Shown here piece by piece: positions 49,604 through 61,900 of a stretch of 64,000 nucleotides of DNA. The DNA is taken from positions 4,063,777 through 4,127,776 of the forward strand of contig BDGG01000004.1 of NCBI GenBank assembly GCA_001949185.1. The letters are read 5' to 3'. Source of the stretch: Ramazzottius varieornatus (Eukaryota; Animalia; Tardigrada). How positions within the stretch are numbered: position 1 is the first letter of the stretch; each line of letters starts with the position of its first letter. The translations under genes were made by a program, and so were the position numbers. The notes beneath the pieces were generated by a model that ran no database searches, was not told the origin of the DNA, and saw only the letters and a list, made by a program, of their open reading frames with translations.

Positions 49604-50672
49604 AGCACGACCCACTCCTAACACAGTAATTCAAATCAATAACCTTCAAACGACCACCAGTCGATCATTAACTCATTAGCCCTCAGCTAAACAACAGCTC
49701 ATATTCACGTGTTCGACTAGTCAGCAAGCCACCCAAACCAAATACATGAACCGAGAACAAAACAATTCACGGCTGTGTCTCTGTAGCGGTACACTCAGGA
49801 GCACATTCCATTTACTCTCTCTGAAAGCCGTGAAACATTTGCTCGGTCATGGCGACACTCTCCATCCTTATCAGTATTTACCGTACAGCCATTCATCACA
49901 GCCTAGTTGACAACAACGCGCCTTTGAGCTCGCATAACATCAACACACTGTCTGTACATGCGCTGCACGGTCTAACTGGTCGGTTCGCTACTAGAAGGCC
50001 GACACCACCAAGTAATACAAAAATCACTCAACACAGAACTCACAGTTCCCCAGCATACAACGCAATCCATTCTCGAAAACTCAATTCCATACTGGCGAAT
50101 GATAATTTTCTAGGTGTCCATCCAACGCACCCAAAGGGCAGCCAAAGGTCATACCACGAAGGGAGTACAATCTTAACATGGAGCTTCAGCGCGGATTTGG
50201 TAAGTACAGACATTAAGTTGCCACCGCAGGATGGAAGTCCGACTGTAGCTAAAATGAGCTGCAACGTCACTCATAAGCGCAACAGCTGATCTTTGATTTG
50301 AATAGTTGGGCCGCCACCATGCTTCCCAGTGCTAGCTAACCGTAACTCCTATTGCGCTATTTTTCAAAAATAAAGGGAGCTCCGGACAGCAAAATGTAGT
50401 TACACGTCACGAAAGGGGCGGAGCAAGGCCGTTGCTGCAGTTCCAAAGTGAACCGGAGTGGCAACTTAATCTCTGTAGTGTCACTTAGGCAAAGCCTCGC
50501 CGCCACCGTAGCATTGCAGTATACGCTCAACTCACTGCGAGTCCTTAGAAGTTAAACTTTGTATGAATCTTATCCAGAGTTCAGATGAGAATCGTGACAG
50601 TAACTTTTGGTGTATGATGTGCCGTCCCCGCCACCAGGGATTGCTCATCTGCTCTGAAATTCTGAATCAGTA

Positions 50673-51070
50673 CACGCGCCTGGCCTAAGTCTTGGCATGG
50701 ACAAAAGTCTTGGCAAGTGGTTTCCGAAACAGCGGCTCCGCCAGCTGTGTTCGCTTACGGTTGAAACAGAACCGGCTTTCGCCACACACTTGTGGCTCTA
50801 CAGAGAGCCGAACGTTTTACAAAACTGATGGAAACCTGATCTGTTCTCTATTTGCAACAATCTATTAACGCCTTTTCGATAGTCGAGGTAGAAAATGGAA
50901 CTATGTTCCTCTGAGCTCAAGACTACAAAACGATTCTCAAAGTGCGAAATTCTGACTTCATGACGTCACACGACCAGTTTCTGTACCGATACAACATTCT
51001 TTGTGTCAAAATGCCGCCGGGCCGTGCTGCCAAGATTTTTGTCCATGCCAAGACTTAGGCCAGGCGCGTG
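50673..51070. mobile_element. TA-flanked MITE (Tc1/mariner superfamily-like, 398 bp)
   Basis: ~43-bp near-perfect TIRs CACGCGCCTGGCCTAAGTCTTGGCATGGACAAAA...; TA TSD at 50671-50672 and 51071-51072. Confidence 0.9.
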
Positions 51071-51137
51071 TATCCGGAACAAACGCTATGCTGATCAGTT
51101 TGCAATCTTCGACAACGCTCTGCAAGAGCCTACGTAG

Positions 51138-52730
51138 ATGTATGTCGTTCGTTACCCACCAGGAGCCTTGTACCTTAGGTATCCCAGTAAGTTCAGCAAG
51201 AATATTTCCTGGCCTAAAAAAGGAGTATACGGCGACGCAGACTGTGATCTGGAAAGAAAGAAGATACGCGACTGGGTTATCACCGAGCTATGAGTACCGT
51301 GCATGAATGCAATTCATTCATGGGTTAGTTTTGTTTGATTACTTTTTCGGGTCAGAATACTTCTCAGCGACTTTGCAGTCTTGTAGACACAATACGTAAT
51401 CAATCAACAGTTACTTTGCTAATGGAGTGGTTATCCCCCATTTCTTACAGTGCAACCTAATTGTTATTTTTCATCCTTCCACGTACATGCAGTAACTCGG
51501 CTTTCTTTCAGGGATATCATATTCATAACGTACGGGAACCCTGCTCCCAAGAGCGTCAAACAGATCGAGGCGACCATGTACGAGATAATCGGAAACAAGG
51601 CACGACCGTCGACCAAAGCCGGCCTGGTGTTTTATTTGCTCATGGGGGAGCACCGTGATTGGTCTGTACGCGCCTCTACCATACTTCCCGCCAGTTAAAA
51701 GGCTGCTAAACTCAGTTGTATCCCCTGTATTCTGCCAGCATGAAGTTGCCCGGTATCACAAGTGTTAACAGAAACGGACGGGTCGACACCTCGCTGGACT
51801 AACCGAAGGTTCGTTGGTGTCTGTTGCAGAGTTGATGTGTAATTGTTTTATGATATAGATTGGACAAGATTTTCAGGTAGAGTATGCGGCCCTTGCCCGA
51901 CGTCTACTCCTCACCTTCCTGGAAATGGCCCGTGAGTCTGTCACAAACCTGCACCGTACTTCACTGCATTCTGTTCTCACACGATATACCTCACAGCAGT
52001 CTTGAACACAATCAGTATTTATCTACCAGTTTGCTTTCTGTAGGGGCACAACAGGCCAGCGAACTTGCTGGTACGGCGTCCGCCGGCTGGTCGTACGATG
52101 GCGACCCGCCAAGAACGCCTTTCGATGCTCGTTCCTTCTCCATTCCGTCCACGCCGTCCAGTACAGCCTGTCAAGCGCAATCCGGATCGCCGGAAGGAGC
52201 TGGAACCTCGCATAAGGCTGATGAAAGGGTGGCGTATCCTGGACCTCCTTCAGTCATCGTGAAACGGGGAACGGCAACAAGCAGCTCAGCCGCTCTTGAT
52301 CAAATCGATCACGGCACCGTCTCCTTGTCGTGTATTCAACCATCTGTCGCTTCTATCGAAACCGACCCTGGTTCACCTCAACGCGAGAAGATCCGCGTTG
52401 ATGTTGACAGCGAAGATGATCCTGAACTCATGACCAGCACGCCTGCGGAAGGTGCGGAAGTCATAGCACGCATTGCGAGCCAAGGAGAAGGCGCTAGTAG
52501 CGCGTTGATGCCGTCAGCCGACTCGTATCAAGCCAATATGGTCTTCTTGGTTCCCCAGTAAGTCGCTCGCACCGACAGTATCAGTCCCATAGGCTGTTCA
52601 AACCTGTGTAGGCTTCTCAGTAGACTTTTTTAGGGGGTACAGAGTGAAGAAGGTCGACGTCGTTTTGACGCCGGGTTCGATCTCAGGAAGGATGTCAACC
52701 GGGGACGATTCCTCTTCTTGCCATGACTGA
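51138..52730 (+). CDS. Spliced orphan gene (short helical N-part + Ser/Pro-rich low-complexity region); 5' end uncertain
   Basis: Phase-consistent GT-AG exons 51138-51178, 51512-~51626, 51877-51931, 52044-52557, 52634-52730; no family recognised. Confidence 0.5.
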
Positions 52731-53184
52731 CGGAGACTGTACTGTAAGTCACGCTCGTTATTCCACTTTTGGCTTATTTTGCACCTGACAGAAAAACACG
52801 ACTGTTACTGAAAATCATGCAACCATTTTATTAATAACCTGTACCCTACACGCAGTTTACTTAATTATCAGCCGGGACAAAAGTACCGGCCACCGGCCGA
52901 AAGCGGGTGCTGACTGATCGATCGATCGATGCGCTGCCGCTCTCGGCCGGTAATTTGGTAATTGCGTTTACCACTGCTGGATAAATCATCACCGAACAAG
53001 TTTCCTCGTTTTCTTTCATCACAGTAAAGAGTTTACTTGAACCTCTTAACCTCGCAAATTCTTAAAGCGACACAGGCATAACACAAGTTCGCCACTGTAA
53101 TTTAATGTATGAAATGAAGTGCCGTAGAACTCTGAGAGAAGAAGTAAAATAGTAGTAAGTACTCTGGGAAAGTGAACAAGTGCG

Positions 53185-55936
53185 TCAAGAACTTGAGGGA
53201 TTAACTTCTGCCACGATCAACAACTCCCTCTCAGACATGAACACGTCGCTATAGAGCGTCGGCGGTAAGATCGAGACAACATAAGCTTGTGTTATTCTGC
53301 CAGCTAAAACTTCTTGTTGGGTGACCGAGATACATCGGTTCTTGAGGCTGTACAGGTTCTCATCCAGCACGGCATTCTGATCCACCGCCAACACTCTCAG
53401 ATATTGTAACAGGAAATTCTTCACCTCGATCGACACCGGGAAGAGCCGCGCTAAGATGGTAATAAGGGCCGTCACGCGTTTGAAGTTTGTGGTCACCGCC
53501 TCCTGCGACCGACAGCCCAGCGCTTGGTAGATCTCGTTGTAGACATCCTGCAAGTTGGGGATGGGTTCCGTGAGAATGTGCGAGAAGGGCTCGATCAACG
53601 ACAAGCGTCCACCGTAGGTTTGTAACAGTACAGCTAGCGAACGGTAAGCGCGATGGATCGTCAGCCCGCGGAACGACTGCGGGAGCAGGCCGAAGCGCTC
53701 CTGTAGGAACCATGCACACGTTGAAATCTCAAACCACAAAGCTCGAACATTCTAGCTTTTTCAAACCGCCGTTGACCTGTGGAAATAACCTACCGGGGGT
53801 GTTATACGGTGCAGAAAGGCCGGCACTTCCTGTAGTACAATTTGCAGATTCTGAGCTTCCACTGATTTCTCCAACTTTTCTTCGAACCATTTCCTCTCGC
53901 ACGATCTTAGCATCCTACGGAACAACATAATAAAACTCACCTTGCATTAGCGCACGTTTAAAATTTGCATACCATAAGTGGGAGCTCAGCAAAGTAAGTC
54001 CCCAAATAGGGCACGCTTTCAGTGTTTTTGCCTGAAAGGATGCCCCAGTCGGGAAGACGATCTGATCGAGCTTGTTAAACGAGGTCCCAAACATGCCCTG
54101 CGACAGTTTTTTAAGGCAAAACCTGAGACACTTACATGGGAAACCGAATATTGAACTCGTTGCGGATGTCTTTGGTAAAGACATTCGGCGAACGATCGTA
54201 TAGACGATTGGTCATGTGCATGAAGTGCAGTACTTCTAGGCAAACTAATGGTAACCTCGACCAGTTCTCCTTCAAGGTTCGTTTCAGCGATTCCCCCTGC
54301 GTCACTTCGCTACAGCCATGCACTAAGAGCAGTTCCATCATGCGTTCCACATCGGCGCTTTGTTCATCGGTGGTCACCAGGAAGCCGCGTAGGGCCTGCT
54401 CGATAGGGAAGCTTTCGGCCACGACTTCGTCCCACAGCATGCCGCCCGTCAAGCATACCTGGTTGGGGTCGGCTTTCTGCACTTCCAGGAGCCACTGCAC
54501 TTCCGGAAGGTTGCGACGCGTCAGCGCTTCGTACAGGGCCGTCTTGCGTTCGACGGCTTCGTCGATCATGTAGCTGTCGACTGTAATGTCGCCTTTGTAC
54601 CTGAGAAGAAGGCTAATCTGTTCGAACTCCTTCTCCAGCGGCCCATTGGGACGTCGTTGGTTGAGTCGAGCATAAACGAACGCTCGTTGGATACGCGTCC
54701 ATGTTGAGACTAAACATGGATGGACGATTAAGGCAACGTCACCATATCCACCACCGTAACCATTATAGGCCAAAGGGGCAAATTAAACGCCTCTCCTTCC
54801 ATCTTCGGTCAACATACACCCGCGGACAATCGGACTGCAAACTAACTCTTTTCAACAGAATTCTCAAAACAACCTCGCGTCTTGGAAATATGAACTGACA
54901 TACGCCTACCGATATCGGGGTTTGCGGACATCTGAGCAATCTCGTATTCGATCCCTCTCTCAAAGACGTCCACCATCTTTTCCGTCTGGATTACTTGGAC
55001 GAAGACATTGTTGTCCTCCATATCGTATTCCATATCGTGCAGATACTCTTCGCCCTGGAACAACAAGTGCGATCGTACAAGTAGAATAATCTGCCTGTGT
55101 TTAGTGTATAATACGCATACTTCTGTTGAATTTACATATCGACACCATGCAGAATTATTCTAATTCCAAAGCGGCGACAATATATGAACTCTGGGGTCAC
55201 GGCGTAGAGACATAATCGAGGAAATTTAGATAAGGGCCAGGGTAGCTCAAGGGTAGGGGCGGGGGCTTACCATGTGGAGGCCAAGAAATTTCACGAAAAA
55301 CCTGAAATCCTCCCTTGCCCTTGTTAAATTTCATCAGCTGTGCCTCTACCCCATGACCCCAGACTTCTGAGGAACCTTGCCCACAGACCATATATGTACT
55401 TTCTTTCCTAGATCGTACTCATGGAATCCGAGAGGAAAACTTACGTGTATGGGGTGTCGTGTGGGTGCTTTGCCGTGTTCCACAATCAATGACTGGTAAA
55501 TGGGACAAGCGCGATCGGATGCGTACATGGAAGGTTTGTTGAAGACGGACAATACAGGTCCAATCAAGACGTCCGGCGAGGCTCCCATCTGTAGCAGGTA
55601 CTTGATCATATCCGCATCGTTTCTTTCGACGGCCAACGACAGCGCCGTTTCCACCACACCGTCGGCAAAGGGAGTTAGCAAGTCGTCAACATGAAATGCG
55701 CCACTTGACAGAATGCTATGTAGAATGAAGAGATCTTGTCGATGGTGGTATGGCGAGACCGTTTGGTGAAGCTTCGATTCCCACAGTAGCCAACCCAGGA
55801 AGATCTTGATATCCTCGGGATGCCAGCTGCGAGCACTCAGTGGATCCAAAGAGATCCTTTGCACAAGACCGGCGCAGTCCAGAAGCCGAGTGGCTGATGT
55901 ACCGTGCGATGGGGTACTATCCTCCAACACATCCAT
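53185..55936 (-). CDS. Ankyrin-repeat protein with C-terminal BC-box/Cullin-box-like motif, ~659 aa (exons 55936-55445, 55301-55271, 55190-55136, 55094-54904, 54709-54136, 53914-53794, 53700-53185)
   Basis: Seven GT-AG exons give 1980 nt in one open frame; ankyrin-like 'ETALSLAVERNDADMIKYLLQMGASPD' and 'KTALYEALTRRNLPEVQWLLEVQKADPN'; C-terminal 'YSLKNRCISV...SILPPTLYSDV'. Confidence 0.7.
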
Positions 55937-56139
55937 CTTCTAGCAGGTCAAGCGTCCGCCGTTTCCGTCTAGCTACCTGAACACGCAATGAACTATTCTC
56001 AAAGTTCAGTTCCCAACTCCTTTGCGATTCTTTGTAGCTAACTAAGTTAATAAGATCGCAGATGTGAAACGTCTTGATAACGCAAGTAGTGCCAACTGCC
56101 AAGCAGCGATGGACTCACAAGGGGATCGCTCTACTCGCG

Positions 56140-56356
56140 GCTATAGTGATGTATAGCTCTTTGGTTGAGTATTTTGATTGATTACAAGTTGCTCAGCCGA
56201 TCAGCAGCTTTAACATTCGGGTACAGAACGGCGAAGCATAACACGTTGGCAGTGCGTGATGGCGCGCCATCAACTTCAAGCGTGCTAAACAGCTGATCGG
56301 CTGAACAATTTGCGATCAACTAAAGTGCTCAACCAAAGAGCTTCACGTCACTGCAG
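56140..56356. repeat. Imperfect palindromic element (~215 bp)
   Basis: AGCTCTTTGGTTGAG / CTCAACCAAAGAGCT and CAGCCGATCAGC / GCTGATCGGCTG nested inverted repeats. Confidence 0.75.
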
Positions 56357-56417
56357 CGACCTCGTGTAAGTTCACGGTGATCGTTTGGGAGGCAGCTTTC
56401 CGGCTTGATCGTAGAAC

Positions 56418-56631
56418 TAATGATGAGCATTACATTTTACATTACATTGTCTGGAAGACAATTACTAAGATCTATATTCTATGCAAACATAGACATAGAT
56501 GGTTCGTCGTTTTCGTCGCTGCTTGTCACTTTTAGGCGTTACAAACCGCTCGGTCTGTAAAATGTAAACTAGTGTAAAACGTGATTACACTTTACATTAC
56601 ACGGACCATCTGCGTGTAATGCTCATCATTA
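56418..56631. mobile_element. hAT-type MITE (214 bp)
   Basis: Perfect 17-bp TIR TAATGATGAGCATTACA; 8-bp TSD CGTAGAAC/CGTAAAAC (7/8); TTACA subterminal repeats. Confidence 0.85.
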
Positions 56632-56700
56632 CGTAAAACTGACTACTGGGCAAACAGACCGTCTGTGAACAGGATTCCTGTTCTTGGAATCTCAAGCTCA

Positions 56701-58544
56701 CGAGGGGATTTAGCCAATGCTCCAGTTTTATTTCACAAACTGAAACGACAGAGAGGTAGAGGAGAGTTTTCTCTATCGACTAGGATCGACCAGGCCGGCA
56801 GAAAAAAATCCTGGAAGACACAACAGGAAGCAGAAGTGACGTCAGAATCTGGGCGGAACATGATAAAGATAGAGACCATCAAGGAACACACGTTTTACAG
56901 AAATAATATCTCGTAAAAATGATGGAAACACAATGGAGCCTTACACCAGCCACAATTCAAAAGCAACGAGCGGTTACAGTCAACACGTGAACAAGGACCA
57001 ACTAGTCCATCAAAACAAAATTCCGCAGGATTTACGTACTTGTAAGACCTGTCAATATATCCAGACAAATGCTAGGCTTGTGCGATGAGATTTTCAATCC
57101 TACGAGAAGTGAACTGCTGATAGATCAGCGAATGCAGATTGCGAATAACGTCCCGATGGTGAACCTGTACAGGTTGATCGTTCAGAGATATCCCATTTGA
57201 CACCTTTCGAAAGTATCCTTTGTACATCCGAAAACACAGCACATCTAGAGGCTGGATCTGGCCGGTGACTTTAGGAGGAATCGTGATCATCCCGTACTTC
57301 AGTTCCTCTGGCTTGACTTCCTCTACAGCTTCTTGATCGGCAAACGTCGGCCAAGAATCTGCCAGGAACAAGCAATGTCCGTCCATTTGTGGAAAGAAAA
57401 CCTTTTGAAAACCGCAAATTAATTCGTTGAGGAATATTGACAACAAAAGGTTCACTCAGGCGTCCCTATCACCAAATAAAATTAGAACACGATATGGCAC
57501 TTACCGCTTAAATCTGCTAACCCAATATGACGACGCTACAAAACCAGGAAGGCCGATCTCGCGATTCGCGGCGACAGCCCATCGCCGGATGTCTATGTCC
57601 TTCACTACGTGAGGCTTCTGCTTGGCAAGAAAGAACTGTCTTCCAGTCTCCAGTCGTAACGCCTTCAGCTTATCGATAAGCGAACCACCGTCTTCTACCT
57701 GCCGCTTCCATTCATTGAGCTGACACACACTGGTAACTTTCTTGAATAAGACTTCAAAACTTGACAGACTACGTCGCTTCTTTGTGATGGCATTACTCCA
57801 GAATCGTACGGCGCGTTTCTTGTAATCGAGATCAGCTGCTTGGCTCGATGGCACTTTTGGATCGGGAATTCTAGGCACAAACAGCTTATGCGAAGAAAGT
57901 TCAGTTGCGCTTGAGTCAGGTTCTCCAAGGCGATCGTTTGGGGTTGGCTCAAAATCAGCTTCGCGATGTCCAGTCAACAGGTTGTTTTCTGCGACAGACT
58001 TTTCGAACTCTGCGAACGTCGGCATACCGATCTGTAGCTCGTACTGAAGATCGTCCTCGATGGCCAAGATCGGACTTCCAGCTTGGTTGATGTGAATATC
58101 CAGGGAGTCTGCAAGCGAATGATGGATTCGGATAGGCTTCAAGTGTATACCTTATCAACAAGCCTACCATACCTTTGATGAGTGCCTTGAGCAACCTGTC
58201 ATGGTCACTTGGAGAGTCGTTGGGTTAAAAATCCTGTTCATAGTCCATCTCCAAAAGCTTTAGGATGTTCAAGGAGTTAATAGAATCCATGTCTGCGATA
58301 ACTGGAGGAGAGAAAACGAGAAAAGAGAACGAAGTTTGACACAACAATCAAAACTGTAGTGATCAGCTGCTCTTCTACCCATATAGTGTTACAGACCAAT
58401 CAAATAGCGAATCAACCAATCAGATAGCGAATCAACCAGTTTTCTGCCGGCCTGGTCTATCCCAGTCGATAGAGAAAACTCTCCTCTACCTCTCTGCCGT
58501 TTCAGTTTGTGAAATAAGACTGGAGCATTGGCTAAATCCCCTCG
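56701..58544 (-). mobile_element. pogo/Tc5-like DNA transposon, apparently internally deleted
   Basis: ~103-bp TIRs starting CGAGGGGATTTAGCCAATGCTCC; TA at right flank (CA at left); HTH_Tnp_Tc5-like 'DIRRWAVAANREIGLPGFVASSYWVSRFKR' and DDE_1 'LADSWPTF', 'IPPKVTGQIQPLDV'; segment bearing the first catalytic Asp not seen. Confidence 0.88.
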
Positions 58545-58981
58545 TAAGGCACCATTGGCACGATCCAGAATCTTCGCTGGGCGACAGTACGCTCACGGTG
58601 GTTCTTTTTTCCGTGTGTTTCCTTTTTGGTCAGCGCTTTGATCAGACGAAGAAGGATACCGGAAAACACTTTTGCATCTGTTTCCAAGAAGACTGAAGGC
58701 AAGCACGACACGAAAACCCTGAAATATTATTATTAGCTTTGACAGGAAAGCTTATAACAAGTCCAAACAAAATGTATCAAGAAAAATAATCAAAACATAA
58801 ACCCAAAACGTTCACTCTGGCAAAATGCCGTGGATCACACAATCTCGTATAACAAGCTCGTTCTGAATAATTTATGCTGAGGTAAATTTTAAAAACCGGG
58901 ATGTATCAAGATAAGGCCTGATCGACAGTCAAGCAATTGGCACATATGTGTAAAAAATATCTTATGCTTTGTACCAACATG

Positions 58982-61900
58982 CTAGTTGAAGCCTACAGAT
59001 CCCGAATCCACATGATCCATCTCCTTTATCTGCAACTCAAACAAATAAGAGTTATCGCACATATGGAAAGACCAGAACCAAACTTACATGTTTCAAAACA
59101 TCCTTCTTGGTGATGATCCCGAGCAGACGCCTACGAAGGAACATAATCAGGGTCAGCCCTTTGACTCAAGAATTCATAAAAGTCAAAGCACACCCTTTGT
59201 GTGTCACAAGAGTTTGTCGGAGACCCATCTTCCTGAACAGGTCAATCACAGTTTCCATCGGAGTTTGGTCAATGATAGTAATGGGCGCCTGAAAAATCAA
59301 AGCAGTGTCGTATCGAGCTGATGCACCGCATAGTTTTTATTCGGCTAACAGGAAAGCTGGTGCACTCGGATTTACTCACATAATCGACCATGCTTGAGAG
59401 AACGAGTGGTTTCGGACCAATATAGTCGTTGGTGGTGCAATGTTCCACAAAGTACACTCTGGAGCTCGACACGATTCCCGAGTTCGGATGACGAGATGCT
59501 TCTGTAAAAAAGCAATGTCAGACAGACTGAAAACTTGTCTCAAGTAGAGAATCTTCCGGATGGTAGCCGAAAGCTTACCGAGGGCGACCTGAAGTTCTTT
59601 CCTAAGTACGAAGCCGACCAGATACTGGTTCTCCCTGGAGACTACAATCGGGAACCCATTCGGCCCGCTGTGGACAACATGCTCAAGTTCCTCCACAGTC
59701 ATAGAGTCCTGCGGAAGAGCCCACAGTGGGTCCTTCTCTGTAGGCCGTGGCCGCATCACATCTGCAGCCACAGTTGTGTGATGAAAGTCCAGCTTGTTGT
59801 CCAAGAAAGGATAGCCGTTCATGTTGATCAACAATTCGTATCTAGGGAGCGAAATCGTACTTGGCTTTACGTGTTTCTTTACAGAAGTGTCAAGATTTAC
59901 TTACATTCCCTCTTTCATTAAAATGTCTCCCACCCATTTACTGGTCATGACAGCCGCCATCAGAGGTACGATGTACTGCAAACCGCCAGTTACTTCTACC
60001 ATGATGACTACCATGGATATCGTAATGCGCGTTACGCCACCCATGACCGCAGCTGCACCGATCACTGCGTACAGTCCAGGTGTAACACAACGGGCCGTGG
60101 TACCACATGCCGTGACGAAAAGAGCGGCTTCCGAGTAGGTCCTAAAACAAATCCAACGACAGTGACGACCAGCTTCGGTATGAGACATGAAAGCTACTCA
60201 TACCGAAAGAAAAGCTCGCCACTTACGTGCTCAGTTGTTCCATTCCGACTCCCACCATCCGCCCAACCATTGCACCAACAACCATATTCGGGATGAATAC
60301 ACCGGCAGGAATCTGTCAATTTAGAACAGCGTGACAGAATAGTCAGGAAGGAACTTAAAAGATAACAGCACGTACCTTCATGCCGACGGACATAATACTG
60401 AGAACGAATTTGACGATGACAGCTAAAAACAGCTGCCACATGGCTTGTTTGACTCCTGGTCCCGGTTCGGCCTTGGCGAATGCTGCTGTCACGGATGTGT
60501 ACGTTCGGTTGTAGTCACTGCAAGCAGAAAGGGACCGATCAGAATCAAGCGGAGCACGACACGGGGAAGTACAATTATTACCATAGAGCCGAGTTATCAG
60601 CGGGGCCGCAGTCATGGAATAGCCTTGCGATGAGACTGCTGTTGTCTTCGCGGGTGTATGGATTGGGATAGCTGATCAGTGCCGTTACGAAGCCCATCGC
60701 GACGACTTCCATGATGGGATACTGTCCAAGTCGAGTTGTTTTGCGTAGCTTGCAAAACCACGCGTTCAAGCGAATGAAAACGACACCGATGACGCCCTGT
60801 GGAAGGACAAGATATGCAGAGAAAACCCATCTTCTCATCTTACGGAATTTAGACAGTTATAGTTCAGCTTACCCCGAAAACGCCCAAGAAGATGAATGGA
60901 ATCAGTTCAAGAAAAAACCACGGACTTCGAACTTCCACAAAGAACATGGTTAAGTGGTCGTTTCCGAAGGGGTTGATCGACCGCACCACAAAAGCGGCCA
61001 CCAACGCGCAGAAAAAGGACCGATATAAGGTCTTCAACGGAAAGTAATAGCTAATCTGCAAAGACACACCCCCGATCACATCAAGGTCTAACCACAGCGT
61101 CTTCCTGGCTGGGAAAAGCATTTACCTCCTCTAGACTAAATAGCACACCGGCAATAGGAGCTCCGAACGCAACGGAAATACCGGCTGCTGCTGCGGCTGA
61201 GTGAATCTAGAAAGGGGATACGTAGTTATAGCTTTGCTGTTTCTTCAGACGGAAATCGAGAAAGGCTGATTGATCTCTACCTCTCGCTTTTTCGCCTCGT
61301 TATTTCCATATTTGGGAAACAGGTACGCGAAAAAGTTCCCGCAGCACGCCGCTATGTGGATCATCGGGCCTTCCTTCCCCACGTTCACGCCGGACGAGAC
61401 AATGAATATAAGGGAAATGATTTTAATTAGCAGGGTCCATTTCCCCAAGTATCCCCTGATGATGAACCCACTCAGAATGGTCTTGATTTCCGGAATGCCT
61501 GATCCACTGGCGTATGGAGCAAACACCCGGACCAGAGTGGCCGCCATCCACGAGAAGATCACAGCCCATACGACAAACATCAGATACTGTATGACATACG
61601 CTCCTGCGTCATTTGGAAGGTGACCGAGGATGACTGACCACGTCATCCACTGAAAGCAGGGCACATGGACAGTCATGAAATATTGTCGATTAAGCAGCAT
61701 CGGTCTTCAAAGTCCACGAACCTGGGGACATTCATATTGTCCATCGAATGTAGTTTGGTTGGAACCCCAACAGCACTGCTCGCGGTTGAACCAGAAACCT
61801 TTGGAGCAGACGCCATCCCTGAGATCGATGAGCCACGCTGTGCCGATGTCAAGGACAGAAGCGCAGACACCTAAAACAGAGATTCGAGATGAACAAGTAG

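Noticed and set aside
52640-52700. GGGTTCGATC resembling a tRNA T-loop/B-box
   Set aside because: No acceptor stem or cloverleaf; lies inside a predicted coding exon
53940-54085. Possible extra exon of the ankyrin gene (strong GTGAGT donor)
   Set aside because: No acceptor gives a stop-free frame compatible with the flanking phase-2 junctions; skipping it keeps the ORF open
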